Counted from the first letter of the stretch, positions 1-11,522 are shown. The stretch: DNA of 52,538 bases from Candidatus Poribacteria bacterium (GCA_046582655.1 JAYGDX010000098.1:1-52538); one strand, 5' to 3'. The notes: generated by a model not told the origin, from the sequence alone. Numbers and translations are program-made.

Positions 1-1
1 T

Positions 2-925
2 ATAAATTGAGTAATTCATCATGTGGAAGCCTTTTAATAATTCTTGTATGCCTGCGTCCAGAGATCTCTTTGCTAAGAAACCAGCGTCTTTTAATTTCTG
101 ATTGGAAACAATATAATTGCGTTTATCAGGATCGCTACCAATCTCTGAGAAATGGATATAAAAATCCGGTACGTATTCCTTAATTTTCAAGGCCAATTCT
201 TCCTTAGACAGATTAGCTTCGTCAAGTCCTAGATTATATGCATAACCAGCCATTTGGTCAGCATTTTCTATAGCATACAAGAAACAATCGGCTACATCAC
301 GAATATGTACATAGTTACGCTTAAAGTCTTTTTCGAAAATTACGATATAGTTATCAGTAGCCGCAGCGTAGACAAAATGATTAACTAACAAATCCAACCG
401 CATACGTGGGGAAATGCCAAAGACCGTAGCCAGCCGAAAAGTAATGACATTAGGAGAGTCTAAAAGTTCTAATTCAGCCTGGACCTTTGTTTTTCCATAA
501 AGAGTAATTGGTTCTAATGGGGTTTCCTCAGTACAATAAAAATCGCCTGAATTGGTTCCATAGCCGCTATTTGTATTAGGGAAAATGATCAATTGGTCGG
601 GACTTCTCAAACGATTCAGGAGTCTAATTGATTCTAGATTAACAGATTGTGCTAATTGTGAATTTCGATCACAGGCCTTAGCACCAACAATTGCAGCTAA
701 AGGAATAATAACATCTACATTTCTTAGCAATTCACTTACTCGAAACTCATCACATGCATCTCCGAATTCTAAGTGAAAGTTTGAATTTGCACAGAGGTGG
801 AATAAGCTCTGTTGTTTATACATCAGGTTATCTAGGACTGTTACTTTGTATCCAGTACCAATTAAGTGCTCACATAGAATTGAGCCTATGTACCCAGCAC
901 CACCTGTAACAAGAATATGTTCCAT
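2..925 (-). CDS. NAD-dependent epimerase/dehydratase (extended SDR), runs off the left edge
   Basis: Missing from the ORF track because it has no stop in the window. Manual translation from ATG 925 gives MEHILVTGGAGYIGS (GxxGxxG), YGKTK (YxxxK), FRLATVFGISPRMRLDLLVN and RNYVHIRDVA. Confidence 0.9.
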   Translation of the reverse strand, partial: MEHILVTGGAGYIGSILCEHLIGTGYKVTVLDNLMYKQQSLFHLCANSNFHLEFGDACDEFRVSELLRNVDVIIPLAAIVGAKACDRNSQLAQSVNLESIRLLNRLRSPDQLIIFPNTNSGYGTNSGDFYCTEETPLEPITLYGKTKVQAELELLDSPNVITFRLATVFGISPRMRLDLLVNHFVYAAATDNYIVIFEKDFKRNYVHIRDVADCFLYAIENADQMAGYAYNLGLDEANLSKEELALKIKEYVPDFYIHFSEIGSDPDKRNYIVSNQKLKDAGFLAKRSLDAGIQELLKGFHMMNYSIY

Positions 926-1314
926 AAAGTGACTTGGCTCTTCCCTAAGTTAATTTACTCCTTCAGACTGAAAGCAAATTAGTATTAAAACGCCCCCTAA
1001 TTATTAACCGTTAGTGGCTTTGAGGGATTCTATTATTTGCTTGAACATGGTCGCGACATCAGCTATGCTAGCTTCGTCTATTTTATAATTTCCCCCCGTT
1101 TGTTCCTTCTAGATCGTTTGTATAAATCAAAGATTGTAACATTGTGGAAATATGGTTCGCAAGAGTTAAGTTAAAAGCTTTTGGAATTGATCAGAATTTG
1201 GGAGATAGCACGAAAGCTATCAAATTTTTAGGGAGTTGTGATTTCGGCTCACGATAGCAGGCTGATTCGTCAACTCGAAAACGAGCCATCTGTAAGGAGT
1301 GACAGTAATTAATT

Positions 1315-2043
1315 ATGCATATAGATGTCAATGAACATGTCATGTACAAGATTGCCAACGAACCTATACTCACATATCCTTATCCGCACTTTTTTATCCA
1401 ATCCATATTTCCAGAATCTTTCTATGACAGTATGCTTTCTAACTTACCTCCAACTTCTAAATATACAAGCATTGCCGAGACGGGACGTGTGACCCAAGGC
1501 TCCTATAAGGAAAGATTCATTATTTCGTTGCCTGACGGAATTGAGGCATTAGACACTCATCAACAAGATTTCTGGATCGAACTTACGTCTTGGCTTCTTG
1601 GTAATGACTTCTTAAAATTACTAGTCGATAAATTCCGACCATTTATTGCTGAACGGTTCAGTGGTTCTCAAGCAAAAAAAACAAGTTTGACACCAACAGC
1701 ACTTCTAATTCGTGACTTTCAAAATTATGCAATCACTCCTCATCCGGATGCGCCGCACAGATTGTTAGCGTTGATGTTTTACATGCCCCATGATGATAGT
1801 ACACCACATATAGGAACATCCATATATAGGCCGATTGATTCTAATCCCAAATTTGAAGTTGAAGCTGGTGGCCATTATCCTCGTGAGGGTTTTAAAGAAG
1901 TAAAAAGAATGGATTATTTACCTAATTCGTTCTATGGGTTTTTTAGGACAGATAACTCTTTTCACGGAGTAGAGTTGGTCGAGGAACCAGTTGAAAGAAA
2001 TTCGTTATTGTACTATATCCGAGTAAAAGAAACCGATTCGTAG
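1315..2043 (+). CDS. 2OG-Fe(II) oxygenase family protein
   Basis: PYPHFFI N-terminal motif, HPD iron triad, distal H in SFHGV and a 2OG-binding R (ERNSL). Confidence 0.75.
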   Translation: MHIDVNEHVMYKIANEPILTYPYPHFFIQSIFPESFYDSMLSNLPPTSKYTSIAETGRVTQGSYKERFIISLPDGIEALDTHQQDFWIELTSWLLGNDFLKLLVDKFRPFIAERFSGSQAKKTSLTPTALLIRDFQNYAITPHPDAPHRLLALMFYMPHDDSTPHIGTSIYRPIDSNPKFEVEAGGHYPREGFKEVKRMDYLPNSFYGFFRTDNSFHGVELVEEPVERNSLLYYIRVKETDS

Positions 2044-2187
2044 ATTGGCCAAACTTGTTAATTAGGAAAACAACGAATATCAATACTAATTTAATAACTC
2101 TTTCTTTCACGTTATGTTTTTGAAAAAGGGGCGATAGATTTTAGACATTATTTTAACAACCAAATACAGTTTTAGAAAGGAGTAAGG

Positions 2188-2922
2188 ATGCAACTTCTTA
2201 ATCTAGAGCAGGGTATATTTTTTCAAATGGGTGATGGGAAGAATTGGCGGGTTGTACACCCAGACATGGGAGCACAGCAAATCACACTCAATCATGGAAT
2301 TCATGCCCCTGGCCAAGAATTCACCCAACATATTCATGACTATTCCGAAGATGCTATCGTTTGCGTAGAAGGAGGGGGGGCAATCCGGCAGGGAGATAGT
2401 TATACACCGATTACGGCAGGTGAAACTATCTTTGTTCCGGCTGGTGAAGTCCATGGGACCAAAAATACTACTGATGCTCCAGCACGGATGATTAGCTTTC
2501 AAGGACCGCCGGATATGGCATTGTATCGTGGAGAACGAGACCATAAACAGGGAGAATCGCCTACACCTCAAGCTGGTCATACCAGTAACGTGCAAGTTAT
2601 CGACATGGCCAAAAGTGGACCAATTTTCGGTCAGTCTTGTGATTGGAGAAGAGTTATCTCACCGGAAAAAGGTTCAAAACACCTGTCTCTGGATTACATT
2701 CAGCTGAACTCAGGTGAGCAGTTTGATCATTTACCTGGAAACGTCGAATCAGTCTACGTACTAACAAGCGGAAAAATTAGAGTGACAACCAGCGACGAAA
2801 CCCATCATCTTGAATTCAAAGATGTTATTTTTGCCTGTCCAGACGATTCATTTTCAATCGCACATACCGGTGATGACGTCGTAAAACTTATTTACTGCCA
2901 ACCCATGGTGTCCCCAGTTTGA
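2188..2922 (+). CDS. bicupin-domain protein
   Basis: N-terminal cupin metal motif HIHDYSE...GEVH. The second cupin repeat (WRRVISPEKG..) has lost its ligands. SD AAGGAG upstream. Confidence 0.8.
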   Translation: MQLLNLEQGIFFQMGDGKNWRVVHPDMGAQQITLNHGIHAPGQEFTQHIHDYSEDAIVCVEGGGAIRQGDSYTPITAGETIFVPAGEVHGTKNTTDAPARMISFQGPPDMALYRGERDHKQGESPTPQAGHTSNVQVIDMAKSGPIFGQSCDWRRVISPEKGSKHLSLDYIQLNSGEQFDHLPGNVESVYVLTSGKIRVTTSDETHHLEFKDVIFACPDDSFSIAHTGDDVVKLIYCQPMVSPV

Positions 2923-3103
2923 GCAAATGAAAGTTGTATTGTTTGTACCAATATTTCAACGTATCAAAACTTATTTACTAGCGCAAGTTTTCCAATTTGG
3001 TATGAGATATCCTTAAAAAATAAGTATACTGCGGTTATGTGATCATTGAATTTTACCACGTCTCATCTTCAACTGAAAAATTACTAGCTGTGTATTCTAA
3101 GAT

Positions 3104-3838
3104 CTAACCTGAAGCCAAGGCCACGACATTAGTATTGGAAGATAAGAATTTGACTGCTCGCCCTAGTTCATCAATATCGGCTAGTTGTCCAACCTCTAAT
3201 CCGTAATGACATAGGATAACAATATCTGGGCGAATGAAACTGGCTGCGCGAGCAGCCTCGCGAATTCCCATTGTGAACTTACCCCCAACCGGCATAATTG
3301 CGATTTGCGGACCGTACATTTGACCGATCAACTACATCTCACTGAAAACGTTGGTATCGGAGGTGTTATAGACCGTAATCCCGTTATTAAAGAATAGGAT
3401 AACACCACAAGATCCACCATCAGGGTGGAAATAGTGCCCTTCAAGGACAGAACCTAATGCTAAGTTAGGTGACAGTGAACCAGAATTATGAAAAGCTTGT
3501 ACTAAGGTGATTTGCACGTCCGCTAGTTCAATTGAGCCACCAGGATTTAAAGGGGAAAGCACGATCATTTAGTTCTAACCCGTGAGCTTGTGCAACCGGA
3601 CACATCTCATAGTTGTCAACAAAAACGGCTTCAGTCGATGGCAAATTTCAAAAGCGTCCCGAACATGATCGTTGTGTCCATGCGAAAAAATGATAATATC
3701 TGCCTTCTCTACCTCGTCACGTTTCATACAGGCAACTGGACTTTCATCCAGCCAAGGATCGTAGCAGATGGTTGTTCCCAATTCGGATTCGAAACAAAAC
3801 GACGCGTGCCCAATATACCTAATCTTGATGGTTGCCAC
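3104..3838 (-). pseudogene. metallo-beta-lactamase-fold hydrolase (UPF0173-like), disrupted
   Basis: Three track fragments join into one MBL hydrolase (YIGHASF, SHGHNDH, AFH, DT, MPVGGKFTM, HY). There are two frameshifts (~3635, ~3555) and an in-frame TAG at 3332-3334. SD GAGGAG precedes GTG 3838. Confidence 0.85.
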
Positions 3839-3942
3839 ACTTTACTCCTCTCAATGTAGAATTCCCTCTAAGAGCAGCGGGAAATGAGACCAAATCAGTT
3901 AACAGCAAAGTCAGCATATTTTGCTAAACAAGGATCTTTATT

Positions 3943-4926
3943 CTAGTTTTTGTAGACGACCTCACGTAATCCTTTGATGTAACCAACAGCAAAGAGGCGA
4001 CCGATAGAAGAATACCCAGGATGATCATTATTATCGCCTTCCATTGTCGGAACATGATCAGGGCGCAAAACGCCCTCAAAATTAATATCTCGATAGGCTT
4101 GCATACACGCAGCCATGTCTGTTTTTCCATTGTCATGAAAAGTTTCTTGAAATTTCTCGGGTGTTCCTTCAACATCACGAAAATGTACGAAGAAAACCTT
4201 GTCCTGCTGTCCGAAACGACTGATAATACTAGGAAGATCGTCCGTCATTAGGGTGAAGTTACCCTGACACATCGTAATGCCATTAATAGGACTCGGAACC
4301 AGATCGACTAAACGCTGAAAATTCTCGATACTCCGCATAATTCGTCCCAAGCCACGTATAGGCGAAATCGGAGGGTCGTCTGGATGCATTGCCAATTTTA
4401 CATGAGCTTCTTCCGCCACCGGTACCACACATCCAAGAAAATACTTCAAATTATCCCACAACTGCTCTTCAGTTACAGTTCCATATTCTGTATCAGCTTG
4501 TTTGGACATTTGCTGATGATCATAACCAGTGACTAATGCTCCACCACGTGATGGAATACCCTTGGAAGTTCTTAACCAATTAAATACCGGCATCCACTCG
4601 TAACACCAAACAGGAATCTCAAGCCTTCCCATATTTCGAATCAATTGACAAACAGAATCAATTTCCTCATCACGTCCTGGCAACCCAAGTTTAGCTTTGT
4701 TAAGTGGTGGGCGACTTTCGATGACAGCCAGTTCAAACCCAGAATCCTGATAGTTTTTTTTAACGCCTGCTAGTGAGTTATATCCCCAAGGAAGATCCTC
4801 CGGATTTAGGTTCTCTGTGCCCCGACTGAAATCCATGGTACCAACTACGTGATTAATACCACACTGTTTGACCATTGTCCATAACGCTGATGGATGTGGT
4901 GATAGCATTTCGGCGACTTCAATCAT
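3943..4926 (-). CDS. uxuA: mannonate dehydratase
   Basis: [45 protein letters not shown] and [12 protein letters not shown] motifs. Confidence 0.9.
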   Translation of the reverse strand: MIEVAEMLSPHPSALWTMVKQCGINHVVGTMDFSRGTENLNPEDLPWGYNSLAGVKKNYQDSGFELAVIESRPPLNKAKLGLPGRDEEIDSVCQLIRNMGRLEIPVWCYEWMPVFNWLRTSKGIPSRGGALVTGYDHQQMSKQADTEYGTVTEEQLWDNLKYFLGCVVPVAEEAHVKLAMHPDDPPISPIRGLGRIMRSIENFQRLVDLVPSPINGITMCQGNFTLMTDDLPSIISRFGQQDKVFFVHFRDVEGTPEKFQETFHDNGKTDMAACMQAYRDINFEGVLRPDHVPTMEGDNNDHPGYSSIGRLFAVGYIKGLREVVYKN

Positions 4927-5019
4927 TATTGACTCCTTTTAAAAAATGATACGGATTTTATTCCTAAGAAACGCTAAATCCTTTATGCTTCTACGAAATT
5001 TTGGAAGAGTCAAGTTATG

Positions 5020-5745
5020 TTAATTGACCTCATTCCCTCGATAGATTCGCCGTCCGCGAACTAGAACACGCTTAGAATTTTCAACTGGCGACAGCTCATC
5101 AACGCTATGATAGCCTAACGTCATACTCATACGTGTGCCATCGGTCTGATTCCTACCAGCGGAATGAATAATCATACTGTCGATCGCTAGCATCTCCCCT
5201 GCTGACATCGGTACCGGAATACACTGTTCTTGCACAATTTTACGCAGATGTTCTTGGTCAGCAAAGTTAAGTAGATCGGGCAAATGATGTGACCCAGGAA
5301 CAACATAAGTACAACCGTTTTCCACATTAGTATCCTCCAAGTAAACCAATACGGTGACAATCGTACGAGACCAATGCATCACATCACGATGAGGTTCCAA
5401 GGAATGTGTTGAACTTCGGTCACGAAGATAGACATGATTATGACGGTTGAGAACGAATTCAATATTAGAACCTAACAGTTTCTCCAATGGGTCAAGGATC
5501 TCATCAGACGCTATTGACTCTCGGAAGATACGCCCTCGCGACCAAAGATTGGAAATGCGTATAATTCGATCGTTTTGACGGACGACTGGCTCTACGGCTT
5601 GGTCTATATTTTGTGAAATTACGGCTTTTAAAGCTTTAACTCTCTCTAATGAAAACTGGGTTGGCAACTTGACAAAACCATTGTGCCGAAACAACTGAAC
5701 TTCCTGCGGGAGTAGGCTCACCAACACTTTTTTTACCTCTTTCAA
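5020..5745 (-). CDS. phytanoyl-CoA dioxygenase (PhyH) family protein
   Basis: F..NGF, HRD, VYLEDTNVENGCTYVVPGSH, H..G.N and R motifs. The start may be a GTG near 5727. Confidence 0.85.
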   Translation of the reverse strand: MKEVKKVLVSLLPQEVQLFRHNGFVKLPTQFSLERVKALKAVISQNIDQAVEPVVRQNDRIIRISNLWSRGRIFRESIASDEILDPLEKLLGSNIEFVLNRHNHVYLRDRSSTHSLEPHRDVMHWSRTIVTVLVYLEDTNVENGCTYVVPGSHHLPDLLNFADQEHLRKIVQEQCIPVPMSAGEMLAIDSMIIHSAGRNQTDGTRMSMTLGYHSVDELSPVENSKRVLVRGRRIYRGNEVN

Positions 5746-6064
5746 GAAGAATTCAACAGTTTAAATACACCAACTCAAACTCAAGATCCAGCATTGATTA
5801 GGGGTGCTTCTCCAGATCCAATCGATTCAAAAAACTGACCGTGTTAGTATAACTGATTTTCCCATCAGGTTAAAGACTTTTGGATCCACGTTGATTGATG
5901 CTAACACTAGAATTCTTTTCCTAGTTTCCATATTGCCAAAGATCAAACGAAAAGTCCAAAATAAAAATGTTGAAGAGATTGTCCTAGTATTAAATTTGGA
6001 TTCAAAACCTCATAGTGTGCGGGTGGGTAACTGCACAATTTCACTAACGCTGTGGTGTTCGTTT

Positions 6065-7307
6065 AGAGGTGGCCCCATCTATCTAAACAGGTGAATCCAA
6101 TTGATAAGTGAAATCCTGCATAGTTTAACCTGCCATGGATGCTGACAGTGAATGATAGTAAAACATCTCGGCACTCCGTCAAGAATGGAATGAGGCCGTC
6201 TCTAATTGTAGAAATGGATGTCATTGCTGATCGATTGTCTGGCCTCTGTCACTGATTCATAGGCTTTGAGGTAGACCTCTTCATATTTGATGGTGTGCCA
6301 GAGCCGTTCTACAGCTACCCTGACCATCCATACTGATGCGGATGTTGTGCGCCTAAAGTTTGCTTGGCTTGACTGCTAAATTGGCTCTTCTGGTGTTGAA
6401 GATATCGGGGGTACCATGCCGTGAGATAGCCTGATCAACCGCCTTGATGCAGAAAGAGCCATGGTGTTGGACAACTGCCAGCAGAGAATCTTGCGACTAT
6501 ACCAATCCACTACAACGATCAGGTAGACAAAGCCTCTGGCCATGGGAATGTAGGTGATATCTATGGCCCAGACCTGATTGGGACGATTAATCTCCAGCCC
6601 TGTCAGCAGATAAGGGTGGATTTTGTGGCCGGGATGTTTCTGGCTGCTATTGGGTTTCCGGTAAAGAGCTTCGATCCCCATCTTTTTCATCAGGGTGGAG
6701 ACATGCTTTCGGCCAACCTTCCCTCCATCCAATCTGAGAAGATCTCTCAGCATCCGTGCCCCGACAAAGGGGAGCTCGGTAGTAGTTTATCGATCTTCTT
6801 CATCAGGCGCAGAGCCCGCTCTGAGACGGGTCGTGATTGGTAGTAGAGGCTGCTACGGCTCAATTGGAGCACCTCGGCTTAATAGGTCAGTGGCAAAGGA
6901 TGTTGGCGGTCAATCATCTTTTTGCGCTCCACAGGCCCGCTTTGCTGAGCTCTCCTTCTAAAAAATCATTTTCTAATGTCAGCTGTCCAATCTTGGCATG
7001 AAAGGTCTTGACATCCACTGGAGGATCACTGAGTTGAGCAGAATTCTCCAACACCCCTGTGGCCCAATTCAACAACTGGTTCTTCCACTGGGTGATCTGG
7101 TTGGGATGTAGATCAAACTGTTGTGCCAACTCGGCCAAGGTCCGCTCTTCTTTAGCTGCCTCCAGTCAACTTTAGCCTTGAAGGCGGGCAAGTGGTTTCT
7201 ACCTGGTCTTCTGCTCAGGCTTTATCTCCTGTATCTCGGGTGATAATACCCGGTTGTTGAGCCGAATTTCCACTTATCAGCCTGTCCAGTTTTTCAGGGC
7301 CACCTCT
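6065..7307 (-). mobile_element. degenerate IS3-family insertion sequence
   Basis: Terminal IR core AGAGGTGGCCC at 6065-6075 and its reverse complement at 7297-7307. OrfA remnant AELAQQFDLHPNQITQWK..LENDFL. OrfB remnant RPNQVWAIDITYIPMARGFVYL..VVDWYSRK and W.TIKYEEVYLKAYES. Internal stops, frameshifts and a deletion are present. GC is visibly higher than the flanks. Confidence 0.9.
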
Positions 7308-7513
7308 TTTCGAACGAGGAAAAATAAACGTTCCCTAAAGTTAAACTCTCACTAGAACCGTTTTAAATTATGGTTTATTAATTGCTTAACCTGAATGTGA
7401 ATATTAGGGTATTGTAAAATTAATAGGAGATATTATGATAAATAATGTAGTATATGAAGATTATTTGTGGTCAAAATCACTTATGTTTATTGATATGTAG
7501 GGTTAACCAATTT

Positions 7514-7999
7514 ATGGAAAAGGTTGCTGTATTCGTTGATGTTCAAAATATTTATTATACTGTTAGACAATGCTACAATTGCCATTTCAACTACAATGCT
7601 TTTTGGGCAGAAGCAACGTCAGGCAGAGAAATTGTGAAGGCGATTGCCTATGCTATTGATAAAGGCGATGAGAAGCAAAGACAATTCCAGAATATACTTA
7701 AAGGCATTGGCTTCGAAGTAAAACTAAAACCGTTTATCCAAAGAAATGACGGTTCCTCCAAGGGAGATTGGGATGTTGGGATTACACTGGATATAATGGA
7801 ATATGCGGAGCACTCAAATGTGGTTGTGTTGGCATCCGGAGATGGTGATTTTGATTTGTTACTAAATAAAATAAGAACCAATTTTGGTGTTTCAGCTGAA
7901 GTTTATGGTGTAACTGGACTTACTGCTATGTCATTAATGAGTTCAGCCTCAAAATTTGTACCAATTGAAGACAATTTGCTATTAAAAACTAAGCAGTGA
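7514..7999 (+). CDS. NYN domain (LabA/DUF88, PIN-like) protein
   Basis: VFVDVQNIYY, KGDWDVGITLD and LASGDGDF acidic motifs. ATG 7514 is preferred over 7454. Confidence 0.88.
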   Translation: MEKVAVFVDVQNIYYTVRQCYNCHFNYNAFWAEATSGREIVKAIAYAIDKGDEKQRQFQNILKGIGFEVKLKPFIQRNDGSSKGDWDVGITLDIMEYAEHSNVVVLASGDGDFDLLLNKIRTNFGVSAEVYGVTGLTAMSLMSSASKFVPIEDNLLLKTKQ

Positions 8000-8078
8000 T
8001 CTAATAGCAATTACAAATTGTACATCTCCATCTAGTTAAGTCATTAACTCAGATGAATATTTTGACAGAAAAGTAATT

Positions 8079-8936
8079 ATGGAATATCGCAGATTTGGAA
8101 AAACAGATATGCAATTAAGCGTTATGGGACTTGGAGGACTACTTGCCCACTATGAGGGTGTTTGTGGTCACCCGCCATCCGAAGAGAAAGGCAAAATTTA
8201 CCTGCGGGCAGCTGAATTAGGGATAAATCTGTTCGATACAGGATATGGCGACGAAGCTCACGTTCCTGACGAACTAAAGGGAACAGACACTAATTACCAT
8301 TTTTCGCTAAAAGTTGGTGCGCCGAGGCCTGATGATCTGGAAGATTTAGTTGACAAACAGTTAAAACTCCTCTGTCGAGATACGATTGACATTCTTCGGG
8401 TGCATTATTACGCTTATAAAAGTGACAGCCAACTTGCCAATCGAATTGCGAACCTGAAACAGGCAGGTAAAGTACGATCGCTTTGTATGATTCGCCACAC
8501 TCTAGCTGATCAGGAAACTTATGCTAAACATGGCCCCGAACCAGATTCTGATGCAGATTTGGTTATTTACAATTACGTCTGTCGGTGGCAGGAAACTGGT
8601 CTTGAACGATCCGCCAAAGTAGGACAAGGTGTCTTAATTATGAAAGCGTTGGGCGGCCAATGGATAAGTTGGTTTGACAAAACACGAACAGATTGGCAAA
8701 AGACTACCCCAGACGGAATTATTAGATTATCACCACGCGGAGAAGGGATACGCTCAGAACTGGGCTTGATTTATCCCATAGTAGCGGGACCTTGGCACGA
8801 ACTTTCAGAACCAGGAGAAACGATCGCACCAACAAGTAGAGCTTTAAGTTGGGTGTTGAAAAACAAGGCAGTGAGTAGTGTGCTAGTTGCAGTTGCCAGT
8901 GTTAATGAATTAGAGGAAACTCTTGCTACAAAATAA
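8079..8936 (+). CDS. aldo/keto reductase family protein (divergent)
   Basis: MEYRRFGKTDMQLSVMGLG, GINLFDT, IDILRVH, K..GKVR, MKALGG and ALSWVL motifs. Confidence 0.8.
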   Translation: MEYRRFGKTDMQLSVMGLGGLLAHYEGVCGHPPSEEKGKIYLRAAELGINLFDTGYGDEAHVPDELKGTDTNYHFSLKVGAPRPDDLEDLVDKQLKLLCRDTIDILRVHYYAYKSDSQLANRIANLKQAGKVRSLCMIRHTLADQETYAKHGPEPDSDADLVIYNYVCRWQETGLERSAKVGQGVLIMKALGGQWISWFDKTRTDWQKTTPDGIIRLSPRGEGIRSELGLIYPIVAGPWHELSEPGETIAPTSRALSWVLKNKAVSSVLVAVASVNELEETLATK

Positions 8937-9025
8937 GAGCATAATTTTCTATCAACTGTGTGATATTATCAAATTGCAATGTATCACTAAATTAATAACA
9001 ACATAACAGCGAAAGAAGAGAAAGC

Positions 9026-9361
9026 GTGAAAGCATTTGGATTAACGATTAATTTGCGAGAAGATCCGCAGATAATCGAGAAATATAAAGAATATCACCGA
9101 AACGTTTGGCCTGAAGTGGAACAAGCTTTGAAAACAGTTGGGGTTACTTCAATGAAAATTTTCCTGCTTGGTAGAAGACTGTTTATGTATATGGAGACCA
9201 TGGATAATTTTGTTGTCGATCGGGACTTTGCCATGTACTTGGAACAGCATCCAAAGTGTGCAGAATGGGATGCACTCATGCGGACGTATCAGGAGAAACC
9301 CCTTGAAGCCAGAGAAGATGAGTGGTGGGCAATGATGGAGCAAGTTTACGAACTAAAGTAA
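9026..9361 (+). CDS. L-rhamnose mutarotase family protein
   Basis: IEKYKEYH..VWPEV..L...G, IFL.G.RLFMYMET and W..MEQVY motifs. Confidence 0.85.
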   Translation: MKAFGLTINLREDPQIIEKYKEYHRNVWPEVEQALKTVGVTSMKIFLLGRRLFMYMETMDNFVVDRDFAMYLEQHPKCAEWDALMRTYQEKPLEAREDEWWAMMEQVYELK

Positions 9362-9375
9362 TGATATGAGGTACT

Positions 9376-10167
9376 ATGCCGACAGAGCTAGAAGACTATC
9401 TGTTTGATCTACGCGGTTACTTGGTACTTGAAAAGGCAGTCAGTACAGATCATGTGCATCAACTCAATACCGATCTTGATCCATATGTTTCGATGAAATT
9501 GGGGGGATGGTGCCAAAATGTCCATCGTCTAAAAGAACATGAAATCCATAATATCATTGAAATTGGTGAATCATTTGAACGGTTAATAGATCATCCATCG
9601 TGGTTAGGTTATATCAACCGATATGCTGGTAGCGATGGCCTTTTTATTGACGAGGCATTTGTCAACGTGCGTGGTGAAGGTGGGGAAACGCGTTTGCATT
9701 CTGGTGCGCACAAACGCCGGGTTCGAACACAATTTCGATTTCATAACAATGAATTCCGTTGCGGTCAGATTGTGCTACTACTAGCTTTAACAGATATTGC
9801 CTCAGGCGATGGTGGCACTATGGTTATTCCAGGTAGCCACAAATCGAATCTGGTTCATCCTGCCTTCAATGATGATAGTAGTCAAATCGGATCTGCGGAG
9901 GGTATTGAAGGTGCAATCGAAGTCCACATGAAAGCTGGCGATGCCTTGTTGTTTGTTGATTGCATCGCCCATGGATCAGCAAAACGACGAAATGATGGTG
10001 ATCGCCGCGTAGTCATCTACCGATACGGACCACATTGGGGACATAGCCGATATGGTTACGAACCGTCAGCCGCATTACTAAAAAGGCTAACACAGGAACG
10101 TCGTAAAATTATCCAACCGTTAGCCCCAAGACGCAATTCCAGTCATTCAATTTATCAATTCAATTGA
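9376..10167 (+). CDS. PhyH family dioxygenase
   Basis: YLFDLRGYL, LHSG, DGGTMVIPGSHKSN, AGDALLF..AHG and RRVVIYRY motifs. Confidence 0.85.
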   Translation: MPTELEDYLFDLRGYLVLEKAVSTDHVHQLNTDLDPYVSMKLGGWCQNVHRLKEHEIHNIIEIGESFERLIDHPSWLGYINRYAGSDGLFIDEAFVNVRGEGGETRLHSGAHKRRVRTQFRFHNNEFRCGQIVLLLALTDIASGDGGTMVIPGSHKSNLVHPAFNDDSSQIGSAEGIEGAIEVHMKAGDALLFVDCIAHGSAKRRNDGDRRVVIYRYGPHWGHSRYGYEPSAALLKRLTQERRKIIQPLAPRRNSSHSIYQFN

Positions 10168-10183
10168 ATGGAGCCTTTAAAAT

Positions 10184-11509
10184 ATGTCAAACCAAGCCAA
10201 TAGTAAACCGAACATCGTCCTGATTCTTGCAGATGACCTGGGTTACCGAGATCTTGGTTGCTATGGTAGCGCTGCAATCCAAACCCCCAACTTAGATCAA
10301 TTGGCAAGTGAAGGCATTCGTTTTACTCAGAGCTATTCCGGTTGCCCAGTTTGTGCCCCCTCCAGAAGCGTTTTGATGACGGGCAATCATGCTGGACATA
10401 CCTCTGTTCGTGGTAACAGTGGTGGTATTCCGTTACAGAGTAGCGATGTCACTTTAGCAACCTTACTAAACTCAGCTGGTTATACTTGTGGTGGATTCGG
10501 CAAGTGGGGGCTAGGCGACGTTGATACACCAGGTACACCAGAACGACATGGGTTTGACACTTTTTTCGGTTATTATCACCAGGTACATGCGCATACTTAT
10601 TATCCGTCCTATCTGTGGAGGAATAGTGAAAAGGTCGAGTTACCCGGTAACAATGACGGTGATGAAGGCAAAACCTATTCACACTACCGTATTTTCGAGG
10701 AAACCTGTAATTTTATCCGTAAAAACAGTAACCGACCATTCTTCTGTTACGCACCCTGGACACTTCCGCATGGACGATATGTCATTCCACAGGATGATCC
10801 CGTTTGGCAGATCTATCAAGACAAACCATGGTCCAGTTCGGCCAAGGTCGCGGCAGCTATGATTTCGCTTTTCGATCGTCATGTTGGTCAGCTCCTTCAA
10901 TTGCTGCAATCATTAGATCTGGACGATAATACTGTCATCATGGTGAGTTCGGATCATGGCGCTGGTTTTCGGTTTGAAGGAGAACTTGACTCCTGTCAAC
11001 CACTTCGAGGTCACAAGCGAACCATGTATGAAGGTGGTATCCGCGTGCCCACTATAGTACGCTGGAACAGTCAGATTCCAAAAGAGCAGGTCAGCAATCA
11101 TCCATGGTATTTCCCTGACATCATGCCGACACTACTTGACTTAGCCGATCTGCCTGTTCCGAAAGACATCGATGGTGTTTCAATTGCACCAACGCTGAAA
11201 AACCGAGGCGAACAAAAACAACACCATCATCTATACTGGGCTTTACCCTTGTATGATTTTGGTAAACGGCAGTTCAGGCCAGATGGTCTGATGGAAGCTG
11301 TGCGAAAAGACAATTGGAAAGCTGTCCGCCCACTCACTGATGCACCGATTGAATTATACGATTTATCAAATGACATCAGCGAAGAAAATAATCTGGCAGA
11401 TCAACGGCCAAACATCGTTGAGCAAATGATGTCGCTTTTACGTCAGGCTAGAACGGCGGGACACCCGCAGATTGAACCCGAAATGCCGGAAGGCAAACGG
11501 TACCGATAA
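10184..11509 (+). CDS. arylsulfatase (S1, Cys-type)
   Basis: PNIVLILADDLG, CAPSR sulfatase signature, GKWGLG, SSDHG and YEGGIRVP. Confidence 0.93.
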   Translation: MSNQANSKPNIVLILADDLGYRDLGCYGSAAIQTPNLDQLASEGIRFTQSYSGCPVCAPSRSVLMTGNHAGHTSVRGNSGGIPLQSSDVTLATLLNSAGYTCGGFGKWGLGDVDTPGTPERHGFDTFFGYYHQVHAHTYYPSYLWRNSEKVELPGNNDGDEGKTYSHYRIFEETCNFIRKNSNRPFFCYAPWTLPHGRYVIPQDDPVWQIYQDKPWSSSAKVAAAMISLFDRHVGQLLQLLQSLDLDDNTVIMVSSDHGAGFRFEGELDSCQPLRGHKRTMYEGGIRVPTIVRWNSQIPKEQVSNHPWYFPDIMPTLLDLADLPVPKDIDGVSIAPTLKNRGEQKQHHHLYWALPLYDFGKRQFRPDGLMEAVRKDNWKAVRPLTDAPIELYDLSNDISEENNLADQRPNIVEQMMSLLRQARTAGHPQIEPEMPEGKRYR

Positions 11510-11522
11510 ACGGAGAAATTAT

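Noticed and set aside
5804..6094. 96-aa ORF left of the IS
   Set aside because: No recognisable motifs or RBS, and it runs into the IS end. Probably spurious.
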